The notes under the pieces are model-generated. The model did not search any database and had not been told where the DNA came from. It was given only the letters and a program-made list of their open reading frames with translations. A DNA stretch of 57,347 nt from Fidelibacterota bacterium (GTDB taxonomy: Bacteria; Fidelibacterota; Marinisomatia; Marinisomatales; S15-B10), in contig JBJKZS010000104.1 of assembly GCA_045569115.1 (NCBI GenBank), positions 1-57,347 of the forward strand, read 5' to 3'. Positions 18,395 to 28,071 of the stretch are shown in pieces. The position numbers were made by a program, and so were the translations under genes. The first letter of the stretch is position 1. Each line of letters starts with the position of its first letter.

Positions 18395-19807
18395 ATGAAC
18401 TCTAAAAAATTTAGAAAAGCTGGAAAAGATGTCATTGATTGGATTGCCGATTACTATGAAAAAATTGCTGAATTTCCTGTGATGTCCCAAGTCAAAGCAA
18501 ATGAGATTCGAGATAATCTTCCGAATGATGTACCAATAGAAGGTGAGTCATTTGAATGCATAATGAAAGATCTAGAAGATGTTATCTTGCCGGGAATAAG
18601 CCATTGGCAGTCACCCAATTTCTATGGTTTTTTCCCGGCCAATGCCTCTGGCCCAGCAATACTTGGTGATCTTCTATCTTCGGGCTTTGGAATTAACGGC
18701 ATGATTTGGTCAAGTTCCCCTTCTTGTACTGAATTGGAAACCCATATGATGGATTGGTTAGTAAATATACTTGACCTTCCAAAGCATTTTCATTCATCTT
18801 CTAGTGGAGGTGGCGTTATTCAGGATTCAGCATCCAGCGCTACATTATGTGCACTTTTAGCAGGAAGAGAAAAAGCGACGAATGGTTTAAGTAATATAAA
18901 AGGTGTTAGAGAAAATCTTATTGTATATAGCTCTAACCAATCTCATTCATCAATAGAAAAAGCTGTGAAAGTCGCTGGGCTTGGGATTGAGAACCTTAGA
19001 ATTATAGATGTAAATGATTCTTTTTCCATGAGAATAGACCATCTTGAAAACACAATTAAGGATGATCTAAGGGGAGGGGGAATTCCATGCTTCCTAGTTG
19101 CTACATCAGGAACTACATCCTCAACAGCATTCGATCCATTAGTTGAAATTGGGGAAATATGCCTTAAATATAATATCTGGCTACATGTTGATGCAGCTAT
19201 GGCTGGGACGGCTGCCTTGTGTGAAGAGTTTCGTTGGGTGAATGAAGGATTAAATAATGCAGATAGCTATTGTTTTAATCCTCATAAATGGATGTTAACT
19301 AATTTTGATTGCGATGCATTCTTTATTAAAGACCGTAAAGCACTAACTGAAACACTTTCAATTCAACCAGAATATCTAAAAAATAGTTTAAATGAATCAG
19401 ATACGGTTATTGATTATAAAGATTGGCAAATTCCATTGGGTCGAAGATTCCGAGCATTAAAACTATGGTTCGTCCTACGTTATTATGGAATAGAAGGATT
19501 GAAGGCTCACGTGCGTAGAGGGGTTAAATTAAGTCAGCTTTTTCAAAAACTTGTACTAAATGATAATCGATTTGAATTAATGGCTCCTTCGCCTCTCAAT
19601 CTTGTATGCTTTAGAATGAAAGGAAGTGACGAAATAAATGAATCATTAATAAATCAGTTAAATATGAAGGGCAATATGTTTCTAACTCACACTCGCCTTA
19701 ATGGTAAATATACACTGCGTTTCTGCATTGGAAGCCCATTAACTAAGCGTCATCATGTAGAAAATTCTTGGGAAGAAATTGCTCAAACAGCTAATAAATT
19801 TGTATAA
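18395..19807 (+). CDS. Group II PLP-dependent aromatic-L-amino-acid decarboxylase
   Basis: 470 aa, collinear with DDC/TyDC-type enzymes. Shared motifs are HWQSPNFYGFFPA, SNQSHSSIEKA and the PLP-lysine motif NPHKW. The start codon directly abuts the stop of the upstream CoA-binding gene. Confidence 0.9.
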   Translation: MNSKKFRKAGKDVIDWIADYYEKIAEFPVMSQVKANEIRDNLPNDVPIEGESFECIMKDLEDVILPGISHWQSPNFYGFFPANASGPAILGDLLSSGFGINGMIWSSSPSCTELETHMMDWLVNILDLPKHFHSSSSGGGVIQDSASSATLCALLAGREKATNGLSNIKGVRENLIVYSSNQSHSSIEKAVKVAGLGIENLRIIDVNDSFSMRIDHLENTIKDDLRGGGIPCFLVATSGTTSSTAFDPLVEIGEICLKYNIWLHVDAAMAGTAALCEEFRWVNEGLNNADSYCFNPHKWMLTNFDCDAFFIKDRKALTETLSIQPEYLKNSLNESDTVIDYKDWQIPLGRRFRALKLWFVLRYYGIEGLKAHVRRGVKLSQLFQKLVLNDNRFELMAPSPLNLVCFRMKGSDEINESLINQLNMKGNMFLTHTRLNGKYTLRFCIGSPLTKRHHVENSWEEIAQTANKFV

Positions 19808-19877
19808 AATATATTGAAAGAATAACAACAGAATTTAAATTTCTTTAAAATAATGTTAATTGACTCTGCTTATGTTA

Positions 19878-20768
19878 TTAAGTGGCTCGTTCTTTACGTT
19901 CTACCTCATTATTCTGGCCCCATCCCATTTTAGTCCTTAATGTTTGAAAATAATCTCTATCTTCAAAACTAATCATATTTATTTCATAATCTGCTTTACG
20001 GATCAAAAGTGTATTGCTTGACTTTAAACGGTATTCTAATTGACCATCCACAGATAAACGAGCCCCTGATTCAACCATAGGAAAAGTTATTTTATATTCC
20101 TTATTAGTTGGCAATACAATTGGTCTTGATGAAAGTGTGTGTGGACATATTGGTGTAACAGTTAAAAGTGAAAGCCAAGGAGCAACAATGGGTCCACCAG
20201 CTGACAAATTATAAGCTGTGGAACCAGTAGGTGTAGAAATTATTAACCCATCCGCTGAGTAAGAAGTTATAAGATTATTTCCTGAATAAAGAGAACAATT
20301 CATAAGATGCAAACCCTCACCAGCATCAATCACAATATCGTTTAGCGCTGATACTTTAAGGTTTTTCTCACCTTGAATTATTACTTGGACCAAAATTCTA
20401 GGATAAATGGAATACTTTTTCTCAATAATAGATTTAAGACTTAAAAAAATATCTTCAATATTCCCTTCAGCCAAAAATCCGAGTCCTCCTAAATGTACAC
20501 CAAATATAGGGGTGCCTATATTTCCCACCGCTCTTGCAGCCGAAAGAATAGTACCATCACCGCCCATCGATAAAACAAAGTCAACAGTTTTGAAATCATT
20601 CTGATTTTTTATTACAGAATACTTAAATGAGTTATTGTCTTTTAGGCGCTTGTGTAGGTGAGATGAAATATAAATTTGGTGATTCCTCTTATCTAGCCAA
20701 GAAATTAGATTAGGAAAGAGATCCCAGAATTCAGGTTTCTGGGTATTACCCCAAATAGCTAATTTCAT
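19878..20768 (-). CDS. nadK: NAD+ kinase
   Basis: 296 aa with the GGDGT motif and the C-terminal ..STPTGSTAYNLSAGGPIV.. motif. Confidence 0.92.
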   Translation of the reverse strand: MKLAIWGNTQKPEFWDLFPNLISWLDKRNHQIYISSHLHKRLKDNNSFKYSVIKNQNDFKTVDFVLSMGGDGTILSAARAVGNIGTPIFGVHLGGLGFLAEGNIEDIFLSLKSIIEKKYSIYPRILVQVIIQGEKNLKVSALNDIVIDAGEGLHLMNCSLYSGNNLITSYSADGLIISTPTGSTAYNLSAGGPIVAPWLSLLTVTPICPHTLSSRPIVLPTNKEYKITFPMVESGARLSVDGQLEYRLKSSNTLLIRKADYEINMISFEDRDYFQTLRTKMGWGQNNEVERKERAT

Positions 20769-20965
20769 TCTTCACTTCCTAGCAAGTTTTGAACTTTTTT
20801 TTCAGCATCTGATAGTTTTTTTTTGCAGGCATCTGTCAATTTTATTCCTTCTTCAAAAAGCTTCATGCTTTGTTCTAAAGAGGTGGAATTTTCTTCAAGC
20901 AAATCAACTATCTCCTCAAGGCGTTTTATGGATTTTTCGAAATTATTGGAGTTTCCCTTGACCAT
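20765..20965 (-). CDS. xseB: Exodeoxyribonuclease VII small subunit
   Basis: 66-aa helical protein (FEKSIKRLEEIVDLLEE..SLEQSMKLFEEGIKL). It has a 4-nt overlap with nadK. Confidence 0.88.
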   Translation of the reverse strand: MVKGNSNNFEKSIKRLEEIVDLLEENSTSLEQSMKLFEEGIKLTDACKKKLSDAEKKVQNLLGSEE

Positions 20966-21001
20966 TTTAATAAACCTCTTTTTATTAAATTAATATTTTT
21001 T

Positions 21002-22252
21002 TCACGTTTGGTCTTCTTTATTTATTTTTTTTACTTCTGATTCTACACTACCATTAGAAAGTTGAAGAGAGTATCTTTGCCCCAAAGTGAAATCATTTAT
21101 ATTTTTGATAAATTTTCCATCTTGAATTCTTGTAGGAATAGCATAACCTCTTTCCAAAGTATTCGCTGGATTAACCGCCTTTAATTGAGCTAGGATCAAT
21201 TCAGACTTTGAGTATTTTTTTGTAATTATCATTTGAATTTCTTTTACAAGTTTGGACCGTTGGCCTGAAATAAGTTCAGCTTCTCTACCTAGAAAAACTT
21301 TAGCATTCTTAAGTCCATAACGAGCAGTTAAAATATCTAGACGCTGGGAGTATAAACGAATTTTGTTCTTAAGGCCCTCTGATAACCTGCGAGATGACTC
21401 AATTAATTTTGAAAGAATTTTATCAGTAGACGGTGAAGCCAACTCAGCGGCAGCAGAAGGTGTTGGGGCTCTCAAATCTGCAACAAAATCCATAATTGTA
21501 TAATCCGTCTCATGTCCAACAGCTGAAATAATTGGAATCGTGCAATTTGCAACGGCTCTCACGACTTTTTCTTCATTAAATGCCCAGAGATCCTCTATGG
21601 ACCCACCACCTCTACCAATTATTATTAAATCTAAATCTAAATTCTTCTCTAATTGTTTAATTGCTGCAACTAGATCAAAGGTAGCATCCTCGCCTTGAAC
21701 TATAGTGTGGCGCAGGATAATTTTTATATGGGGAGCACGTCGATGTAAAATATGTTGAATATCCTTTACTACAGCACCTGTGGCAGATGTTATAATACCA
21801 ATCTGAAAAGGGTAAGCTGGGATCTTTTTCTTCCTACTATCATCAAAAAGTCCTTCTTTGCTAAGTTCCTTTTTTAATTTTTCAAACGCAATATAAAGAG
21901 TACCTAAACCAGCTGGCTCTATCCTTTTAACCAGAAGTTGATACTGCCCTCTGGGTGAATAAACAGAAATGTCACCATAAGCTAACACTTCCATACCATC
22001 TTCAAGATTAAACTTTAAATTCTTGTTATAACTATTAAACATTACAGACTTCAACTCACAATTTTCGTCTTTCATTGAAAAATACATATGTTTTGAAGAA
22101 AAATGGTGTTTGAAGTTTGAAATTTCTCCCCTTACACATATCGAAGAAAAAGAATCCTCTAATAGAAATTTGATTCCATTAGTAATTTGAGAAACTGAAA
22201 AAACTTCAGAATTAGCAGATGAAAACTCATTTATTTTTTTTTGAATTTCCAT
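21002..22252 (-). CDS. xseA: Exodeoxyribonuclease VII large subunit
   Basis: 416 aa with an N-terminal OB-fold region, the catalytic core motif ..IIGRGGGSIEDLWAFNEE..SAVGHETD.., and a coiled-coil tail. Confidence 0.92.
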   Translation of the reverse strand: MEIQKKINEFSSANSEVFSVSQITNGIKFLLEDSFSSICVRGEISNFKHHFSSKHMYFSMKDENCELKSVMFNSYNKNLKFNLEDGMEVLAYGDISVYSPRGQYQLLVKRIEPAGLGTLYIAFEKLKKELSKEGLFDDSRKKKIPAYPFQIGIITSATGAVVKDIQHILHRRAPHIKIILRHTIVQGEDATFDLVAAIKQLEKNLDLDLIIIGRGGGSIEDLWAFNEEKVVRAVANCTIPIISAVGHETDYTIMDFVADLRAPTPSAAAELASPSTDKILSKLIESSRRLSEGLKNKIRLYSQRLDILTARYGLKNAKVFLGREAELISGQRSKLVKEIQMIITKKYSKSELILAQLKAVNPANTLERGYAIPTRIQDGKFIKNINDFTLGQRYSLQLSNGSVESEVKKINKEDQT

Positions 22253-22256
22253 GAAA

Positions 22257-23132
22257 CTATTTTATGGATGGCGGCAATGGTTTCCCGGCATCAATCCAAG
22301 CTGAACTCCAATAAGATGCAATTCTCAAAGATGACTCATTCATTCTTTTAATTGCCAAATCACCAGTTTCTTGATAAAGAATTTTTATATATTCAGTTCC
22401 TTGCATTGATTTATCCCAATTTGCAATTATATCTCTTGATTCAGTAGAAATAGTTTTGCGAGCTTTTGCTTCTGCCTCTAAAATCTTTTGTAATTCTGGA
22501 AAGGATTCCTCTACGATTTGAAAAGCCATAATCACAGGATCCAAAATTAATTCTGGATTACCCTTAGGACTAATTGAGTCTAAAAGATATTCCTCAACCA
22601 TATCTGATTCCCACCTTTTGTGAACACCCTTGTTTCCAGTAAGTTGTCCATTATAATTCTCAGTAGTATGAAAAGGAACATGTATGTCAGCTACATAATG
22701 AGATAGAGCAGAAGCAGTTTGCAAAGATTCTTTCCAATGTCCATTTTTTAATTGAAGTACTAATTTTTTATAAAAAATCTGAATGCGCCATGGAGCAGTT
22801 CCCCAACTTTTTAAATTTTCTTCACCATACTTCTTTACTGCTTTTTCCCAAAGTCTTGGAATCTCTCTAAAAGGATATTCACCATATAAATCTGCATCAA
22901 TATAATGTCCATGGGCTTCCTCGGGATAAGTTTCCTTATCTTTTCTCCATAGGTCTGGATCAATAGAATGCTCAGAGATATAATTAATATTTTTATAGAA
23001 GTATTCACCTAATGGAGAATTAAGGATATTTACTGCTTGGCGGCTAGTAAGCCTATGAGCAGCATACCCCCAAGCAAAAATACTCTGGTTTAATAATATC
23101 AGAGAAAAAACAAGAAACAGCCTAGCTGTCAC
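22257..23132 (-). CDS. Secreted S1/P1-nuclease / zinc phospholipase-C-like metalloprotein
   Basis: Signal peptide ending ..IFA|WGYAAH, which gives the mature N-terminal Trp typical of the family. Also has HYVADIHVPFH and HKRWESD metal-site-like motifs. Confidence 0.5.
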   Translation of the reverse strand: MTARLFLVFSLILLNQSIFAWGYAAHRLTSRQAVNILNSPLGEYFYKNINYISEHSIDPDLWRKDKETYPEEAHGHYIDADLYGEYPFREIPRLWEKAVKKYGEENLKSWGTAPWRIQIFYKKLVLQLKNGHWKESLQTASALSHYVADIHVPFHTTENYNGQLTGNKGVHKRWESDMVEEYLLDSISPKGNPELILDPVIMAFQIVEESFPELQKILEAEAKARKTISTESRDIIANWDKSMQGTEYIKILYQETGDLAIKRMNESSLRIASYWSSAWIDAGKPLPPSIK

Positions 23133-23163
23133 AATACACTCTAGGCCAATACATTAGGTTTTC

Positions 23164-23259
23164 CTAACGTACCTTTTTCTTATGTCGATTTTGCCGAAGT
23201 CTTTTTTTCCGCTTATGCGTAGAAATTTTTCTTTTTTTTCGCTTTTTTCCACAAGGCAT
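23164..23259 (-). CDS. 31-aa highly basic peptide, bS22-like (AURKAIP1/COX24-domain type small ribosomal protein)
   Basis: Hand-translated as MPCGKKRKKRKISTHKRKKRLRQNRHKKKVR. It starts 5 nt after the HU stop. The sequence closely resembles the conserved Lys/Arg-rich mini-protein of FCB-group bacteria. Absent from the ORF track because of its size. Confidence 0.65.
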   Translation of the reverse strand: MPCGKKRKKRKISTHKRKKRLRQNRHKKKVR

Positions 23260-23264
23260 TTAAT

Positions 23265-23603
23265 CTACTCCATTAATGCTTTATTAATATTCTTCCTTAG
23301 CAATCCAGAAGGTTTGAATGTAGGAACATATCTTTCAGGCAAATAGACTGTTTCCCCTGTTCCTGGATTTCTTGCTTTTCTAGGATCACGCTTTTTTACA
23401 CCGAATGTACCAAAACCACGAAGTTCCACTCTACTATTATTCTCTAGAGCCGAAGATATAGTATTCATTATCCCATTCATAACTGTTTCTGTCTCTACTT
23501 TTGTCAATCCTGTGGCTCTAGAAACTCGTTCTACTATATCTGCTTTTGTCACTGTTTTGCCTCCAGTCTTTTTTATCTTAATCTTCTCAACTTTGTTTAA
23601 CAT
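23265..23603 (-). CDS. HU/IHF-family DNA-binding protein
   Basis: Contains TKADIVERVSRATGLTKVETETVMN..VELRGFGTFGVKKRDPRKARNPGTGETVYLPERYVPTFKPS. A GTG at about 23552 would give the canonical MTKADIV start; the Lys-rich leader may or may not be translated. Confidence 0.88.
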   Translation of the reverse strand: MLNKVEKIKIKKTGGKTVTKADIVERVSRATGLTKVETETVMNGIMNTISSALENNSRVELRGFGTFGVKKRDPRKARNPGTGETVYLPERYVPTFKPSGLLRKNINKALME

Positions 23604-25410
23604 AAACTATAAGTATCTGACCAGGGACAATGAAGTCACTATCTGGAATGCTATTCCACTGGCGTAGTTTAATTATACCAACACGGTAACGCTCAGCAAT
23701 TTGGCTTAATGTGTCACCCATTTTTACCGTATAATTTTCTTTCACAAACTTACTAGAAGCTGATGCCAATTGAGAAGCTTCCCTTAATGGTAACTTTAGC
23801 TTTTGCCCAGGAAAAATGTAGGCTCCATAGCTAAGTCCATTCAATTGCCTAATCCTTCGTGCACTGGATTTATACCTCATAGCTATATGGCCCAGTGTAT
23901 CACCGTTCCTAACTAAATATACTACTGTATTTGGTTCTACTTCACCAGGAACTAAATCAGCACGAATAGGCGCACCTGGAATTGGTATAGTCAATTTTTG
24001 ACCAATTTTTAAACGATGAAAGTTTTTTATTTTATTAAATGAAGCAATTTGATGCATAGAAACACCATACTTTTTGGCAATCCAACTTAAGTTATGACCT
24101 TGGCCTACAACATGAACCATGTATTGTGGAGCAAACCGCTGATCATCATTTAATGAACTAAAAGCTGACATAAATTTTTCTCTCTTACCATTAGGAATTT
24201 TCAAAATGTAAGTTTCCTCAGGTGGCGTTGCATGTTGACGTAATTCAGGATTGTATTCACGCAATTCTTTTACTGTTATTCCAGCACATTTGGAAAGGAC
24301 GGCTAGATCAGCGCTTTTTTCTACTTCCACTTCATCATACTTTAATGAAGAACCCTTAGGAAACTTAAAGTTATAATCTCCTGGGGAACGAGAAATTATT
24401 GCTGTAGCCAGAACGGTTGGAACATGGTTTTTTGTTTCTTTAGGCAGGGAACTTAAACTCCAAAAATCTCTTGTTTGATGAAGCCTTAAGGCTCGATTAA
24501 TTCTTCCAGCTCCAGCGTTATAAGCGGCAAGCGCTAGATACCAATCATCAAATTCAATATATAAATCCTTAAGATAACTAGCGGCAGCATTAGTCGATTT
24601 AATGGGATCTCGGCGTTCATCTATCCACCAGGTTCTATTTAGACCGTAAAGCTTTGCTGTGGAACCGATAAATTGCCATATACCTACAGCCTGAGCCTTC
24701 GAATAAGCTCTATTATTCAAACCACTTTCAACCATGGCATGATAAATCAATTCCTCTGGCAATTCATGCTCAGACAAGATTTGTTTAATTATAGGCTCAT
24801 AAATAGGATAGCGAGAAAGCCATCTTTCAAAAGCCTGACGGCCATCAGTTTCAAAAAACTTTATAGCTCTTTCGACACGACTATTAATAACAAGAGGCAT
24901 ATGACCTTCCCTATCATCAACTACCTTAAAAGAAGATCCATTTATTTCAATTTCTATAGGTTCCAAGTACCTCGAAAGTTCCTCCTTCAGACTAGCTGTT
25001 GCTATAGAAGCACTTGTTCTATCAATTGTTATGAAATTATTTTGATATGTATGGATTAGCGTTTCTTCAAAACGACTAAACTCTTCTTGATCATCATCAG
25101 ACATCTCTCCTAGTTGTTCGGCACCATTTAGTAGTTCTACAATCTTATCTAGTAAATATAAAACCTCAAGAGAATCTCCATGGTGATCAGCAATAATTGC
25201 CTCAGAAAAAAAACTTTTTGCATCCGTAAGGATAAGAGGGAAACGATTTTCAACTTCATTAATGGAAACAAACTCGTTAACATTGTTAACCTGGGAGTCC
25301 TTTTCTGAACCTGAAATCCCATCTTGTCCAAAAAGTAAGTGTACCCCTAAGAAAAAAGGGATATAATTAATTGGAGACCATAACTTAATATATTCTTTAA
25401 GATATATCAT
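23587..25410 (-). CDS. mltD: Lytic murein transglycosylase with three LysM domains (MltD-like)
   Basis: SLT catalytic region (..MVESGLNNRAYSKAQAVGIWQF..AYNAGAGR..) followed by three LysM-type repeats (..GHNLSWIAKKYG.., ..GDTLGHIAMRY.., ..GDTLSQIAERY..). Confidence 0.85.
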   Translation of the reverse strand: MIYLKEYIKLWSPINYIPFFLGVHLLFGQDGISGSEKDSQVNNVNEFVSINEVENRFPLILTDAKSFFSEAIIADHHGDSLEVLYLLDKIVELLNGAEQLGEMSDDDQEEFSRFEETLIHTYQNNFITIDRTSASIATASLKEELSRYLEPIEIEINGSSFKVVDDREGHMPLVINSRVERAIKFFETDGRQAFERWLSRYPIYEPIIKQILSEHELPEELIYHAMVESGLNNRAYSKAQAVGIWQFIGSTAKLYGLNRTWWIDERRDPIKSTNAAASYLKDLYIEFDDWYLALAAYNAGAGRINRALRLHQTRDFWSLSSLPKETKNHVPTVLATAIISRSPGDYNFKFPKGSSLKYDEVEVEKSADLAVLSKCAGITVKELREYNPELRQHATPPEETYILKIPNGKREKFMSAFSSLNDDQRFAPQYMVHVVGQGHNLSWIAKKYGVSMHQIASFNKIKNFHRLKIGQKLTIPIPGAPIRADLVPGEVEPNTVVYLVRNGDTLGHIAMRYKSSARRIRQLNGLSYGAYIFPGQKLKLPLREASQLASASSKFVKENYTVKMGDTLSQIAERYRVGIIKLRQWNSIPDSDFIVPGQILIVYVKQS

Positions 25411-25455
25411 TTATTCAAAACTAGCGACGAACTTAGTAGTATAATTAATGAGTAG

Positions 25456-25941
25456 TCAAGTCTTAGTTTCATTTAATGACATTTCTTTTATTATGGAAGT
25501 TGTACTGAAACCTTGAAGAATTGGAACGGTTACAACTCTTCCTCCTTTACTTTTAACAAAATCATCGCCAACAATTTTTTTTCTAGTGTAGTCACTACCT
25601 TTAACAAGAATATCTGGGCAAATAAGTTTGATTAGATCAAAGGGAGTATCCTTATCAAAAATTGTCACTAAATCTAATTCTCCTAACTTTAGTAATGCTT
25701 CAACACGTTCCATCTCTGATTGAATTGGTCTTCCTTTACCTTTAATTCTTAAGATTGAGTTATCACTGTTAATGGCAACAATTAGAAAGTCACCTTCCTT
25801 ACTCGCAGCTTTAAGTAAGTGGATGTGTCCCTTATGAAGAAGGTCAAAACAGCCATTTGTAAAAACAATTGACTGTTTTGTCTCTCGAACATTACTAACA
25901 ATTTTCGAAATTGAATTATTGTCTAAAACAAGCATAAACAA
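25456..25941 (-). CDS. hldC: D-glycero-beta-D-manno-heptose-1-phosphate adenylyltransferase (RfaE domain II type)
   Basis: 161 aa with VFTNGCFDLLHKGHIHLL..IVAINSDNS..KGKGRPI..LVKGSDY, collinear with the HldE C-terminal domain. Confidence 0.85.
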   Translation of the reverse strand: MFMLVLDNNSISKIVSNVRETKQSIVFTNGCFDLLHKGHIHLLKAASKEGDFLIVAINSDNSILRIKGKGRPIQSEMERVEALLKLGELDLVTIFDKDTPFDLIKLICPDILVKGSDYTRKKIVGDDFVKSKGGRVVTVPILQGFSTTSIIKEMSLNETKT

Positions 25942-25994
25942 TGTCTGTTTTGACTATAACTATTCTGAAATTTTTCACGCTAATATTCACATCC

Positions 25995-26726
25995 TTAGAT
26001 CACTTCTCTGATGCTTTTCTTCCAACTTTTTTTCATAGCCTTAACTTCATTTCTTAAATGATCCGCTAACTCAATAGTCGGACGATCTTTCCAATGGCTA
26101 CAAATAACAGGTTTCCCTATATGTAATTCAATTTCTCCTTTATTTAAAGCAAATGATTTTTTAGCAATGACAGCTCCTGTTCCGCAAACTGCCAAAGGGA
26201 CCAAATCCATCCCAATATCCAAAGCAATCGAAAGGCCTCCTTTTTTAAATTGATGTATTTTACCATCTTTACTGCGAGTCCCCTCAGGAAAAATAATTAA
26301 GGAACGAGGATTAGAAGAAAGTGACCGCTTTGCTTCTTTTAATGATAAGACCGCCTTTTTTCTATTATGTCTATCTATAAATATGTGCCTTCCTGCGATC
26401 ATGGCCCAACCAAGAATTGGAATATTTTTTAACTCTTTCTTCGCTAAAAATACTATATGAAAATTAAGACCTCCCAATATTAATGGGATATCAAAAGCAC
26501 TTTCATGATTAGAGGTAAAAATATAGTGTGAATTAATATCAAGGTTTTCTACTCCTACAACACGATACTTTACTCCACTAATCCATAAAACTATTCTTGA
26601 GTATATCCTAGATAGATTACCTACAAATCTACCTCGTATATCAATTATTCCTATAACTGCAGCAAATAATCCAAAAATTATAGTCAACGAAAAAATGCAG
26701 AAAAGAAAAAAAATTTGTCGAATCAA
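25995..26726 (-). CDS. plsC: 1-acyl-sn-glycerol-3-phosphate acyltransferase
   Basis: N-terminal TM helix plus the NHESAFD (HX4D) and FPEGTRS motifs. Confidence 0.88.
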   Translation of the reverse strand: MIRQIFFLFCIFSLTIIFGLFAAVIGIIDIRGRFVGNLSRIYSRIVLWISGVKYRVVGVENLDINSHYIFTSNHESAFDIPLILGGLNFHIVFLAKKELKNIPILGWAMIAGRHIFIDRHNRKKAVLSLKEAKRSLSSNPRSLIIFPEGTRSKDGKIHQFKKGGLSIALDIGMDLVPLAVCGTGAVIAKKSFALNKGEIELHIGKPVICSHWKDRPTIELADHLRNEVKAMKKSWKKSIREVI

Positions 26727-26730
26727 TATC

Positions 26731-27996
26731 TTATTTTTTTAATACTTCATTACCAAAATATGGTTGAAGCACATTTGGTATTTGAACATTACCATTATTA
26801 TCCTGAAATGACTCTAACAATGCAATCATTAATCTAGGTGTTGCTAAACCAGATCCATTAAGAGTATGTAAAAATTGAACTGAACCATTTTCATCTCTGT
26901 ATCGAATATTCCCTCTGCGAGATTGAAATGATTCAAAATTGCTACAGCTCGACACTTCCAACCAACGTTCTTCTCCTGGAGCCCAAACTTCCAAATCATA
27001 GCACTTTGCTGCCGCAAAACTAAGATCTCCAGTACACAAACAAACAACGCGATAATGAAGCCCAAGAGCTTTAAGAATAGACTCTGCATCTTCAGTAAGT
27101 GACTCAAGTTCCATATAAGAATATTCCGGCTTTACAAACTTGACCATCTCTACTTTATTAAATTGATGGATTCTTAATAAACCCCGGGTCTCTTTTCCAT
27201 ACGATCCAGCCTCTCGTCTAAAACAGGGGGAATAGGCGGTGTATTTAATAGGCAATTCTGATTCTTCAAGAATTTCTTCTCTGTGAATATTTGTTAAAGG
27301 AACCTCAGCTGTTGGTATTAGGTAAAGTTCATCCTTCTCAATATGATACATATCTTCAGTGAGTTTAGGGATTTGACCTGTTGTTTCCATTGATTCAGAT
27401 AGAGTCAAAAAAGGTGTCATTATTTCAGTATAATTCCTCTTAACATGATGATCCAACATAAAATTAATTAGGGCACGTTCTAGACGAGCACCTTGTTTAG
27501 TATAAAGTGGAAACCCCGAGCCTGAAATCTTTGAGCCTCTGGAGAAATCAATCAACCCAAGAGATTGCGCTAGTTCAGTATGATTTTGAAGTTTAAAGCT
27601 TGTCTCAGGTAATTTACCCCAATATCTAACTACCTTATTTTTTTTGGCGTTTTTACCAATGGGTACCGAATCATGTGGAATATTAGGAATCCATCTAAGA
27701 AGATTGTCTGAGTTTACTTTAAGTTTTGCTATAGTAGCATCAGAGGTCTTTATTTTAGAGGAAAGAACCTTCATGTCAGCTATTAGATTAGCAGTGTCAA
27801 CATTTTCAAGCTTCAACTTTGCAATTTCTTTACTAATACTATTTCGCTTAGCTTTCTTATTTTCTGTCTCCTTAATCAAGAATCTCATTTCTTTATCTAA
27901 TTCTAATATTTTTTTTATTTGAACATCTTCTCCTTTTTGAGCTATAGCTTGAGAAATTCTTTCTGGATCATCTCTAATTTCTTTTATTGTAATCAT
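26731..27996 (-). CDS. serS: Seryl-tRNA synthetase
   Basis: 421 aa with an N-terminal coiled-coil arm and class II core motifs (..CFRREAGS..GLLRIHQFNKVE..TLNGSGLATPR..). Confidence 0.96.
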   Translation of the reverse strand: MITIKEIRDDPERISQAIAQKGEDVQIKKILELDKEMRFLIKETENKKAKRNSISKEIAKLKLENVDTANLIADMKVLSSKIKTSDATIAKLKVNSDNLLRWIPNIPHDSVPIGKNAKKNKVVRYWGKLPETSFKLQNHTELAQSLGLIDFSRGSKISGSGFPLYTKQGARLERALINFMLDHHVKRNYTEIMTPFLTLSESMETTGQIPKLTEDMYHIEKDELYLIPTAEVPLTNIHREEILEESELPIKYTAYSPCFRREAGSYGKETRGLLRIHQFNKVEMVKFVKPEYSYMELESLTEDAESILKALGLHYRVVCLCTGDLSFAAAKCYDLEVWAPGEERWLEVSSCSNFESFQSRRGNIRYRDENGSVQFLHTLNGSGLATPRLMIALLESFQDNNGNVQIPNVLQPYFGNEVLKK

Positions 27997-28071
27997 GATT
28001 ATTTTTCTAGATTTAAACTAGTGTTTTTCCCCAACAGAAAATTACAACCCACAAATAAACTTTCCATCTCT

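Noticed and set aside
26844-27107. Same-strand alternative-frame ORFs nested in real genes: 26844..27107 in serS, 30012..30221 and 30100..30339 in the OMP gene, 45881..46081 in the vWA gene, and 25149..25331 in mltD.
   Set aside because: They are out-of-frame overlaps with strongly supported CDSs, the peptides have no family resemblance, and they are most likely chance ORFs.
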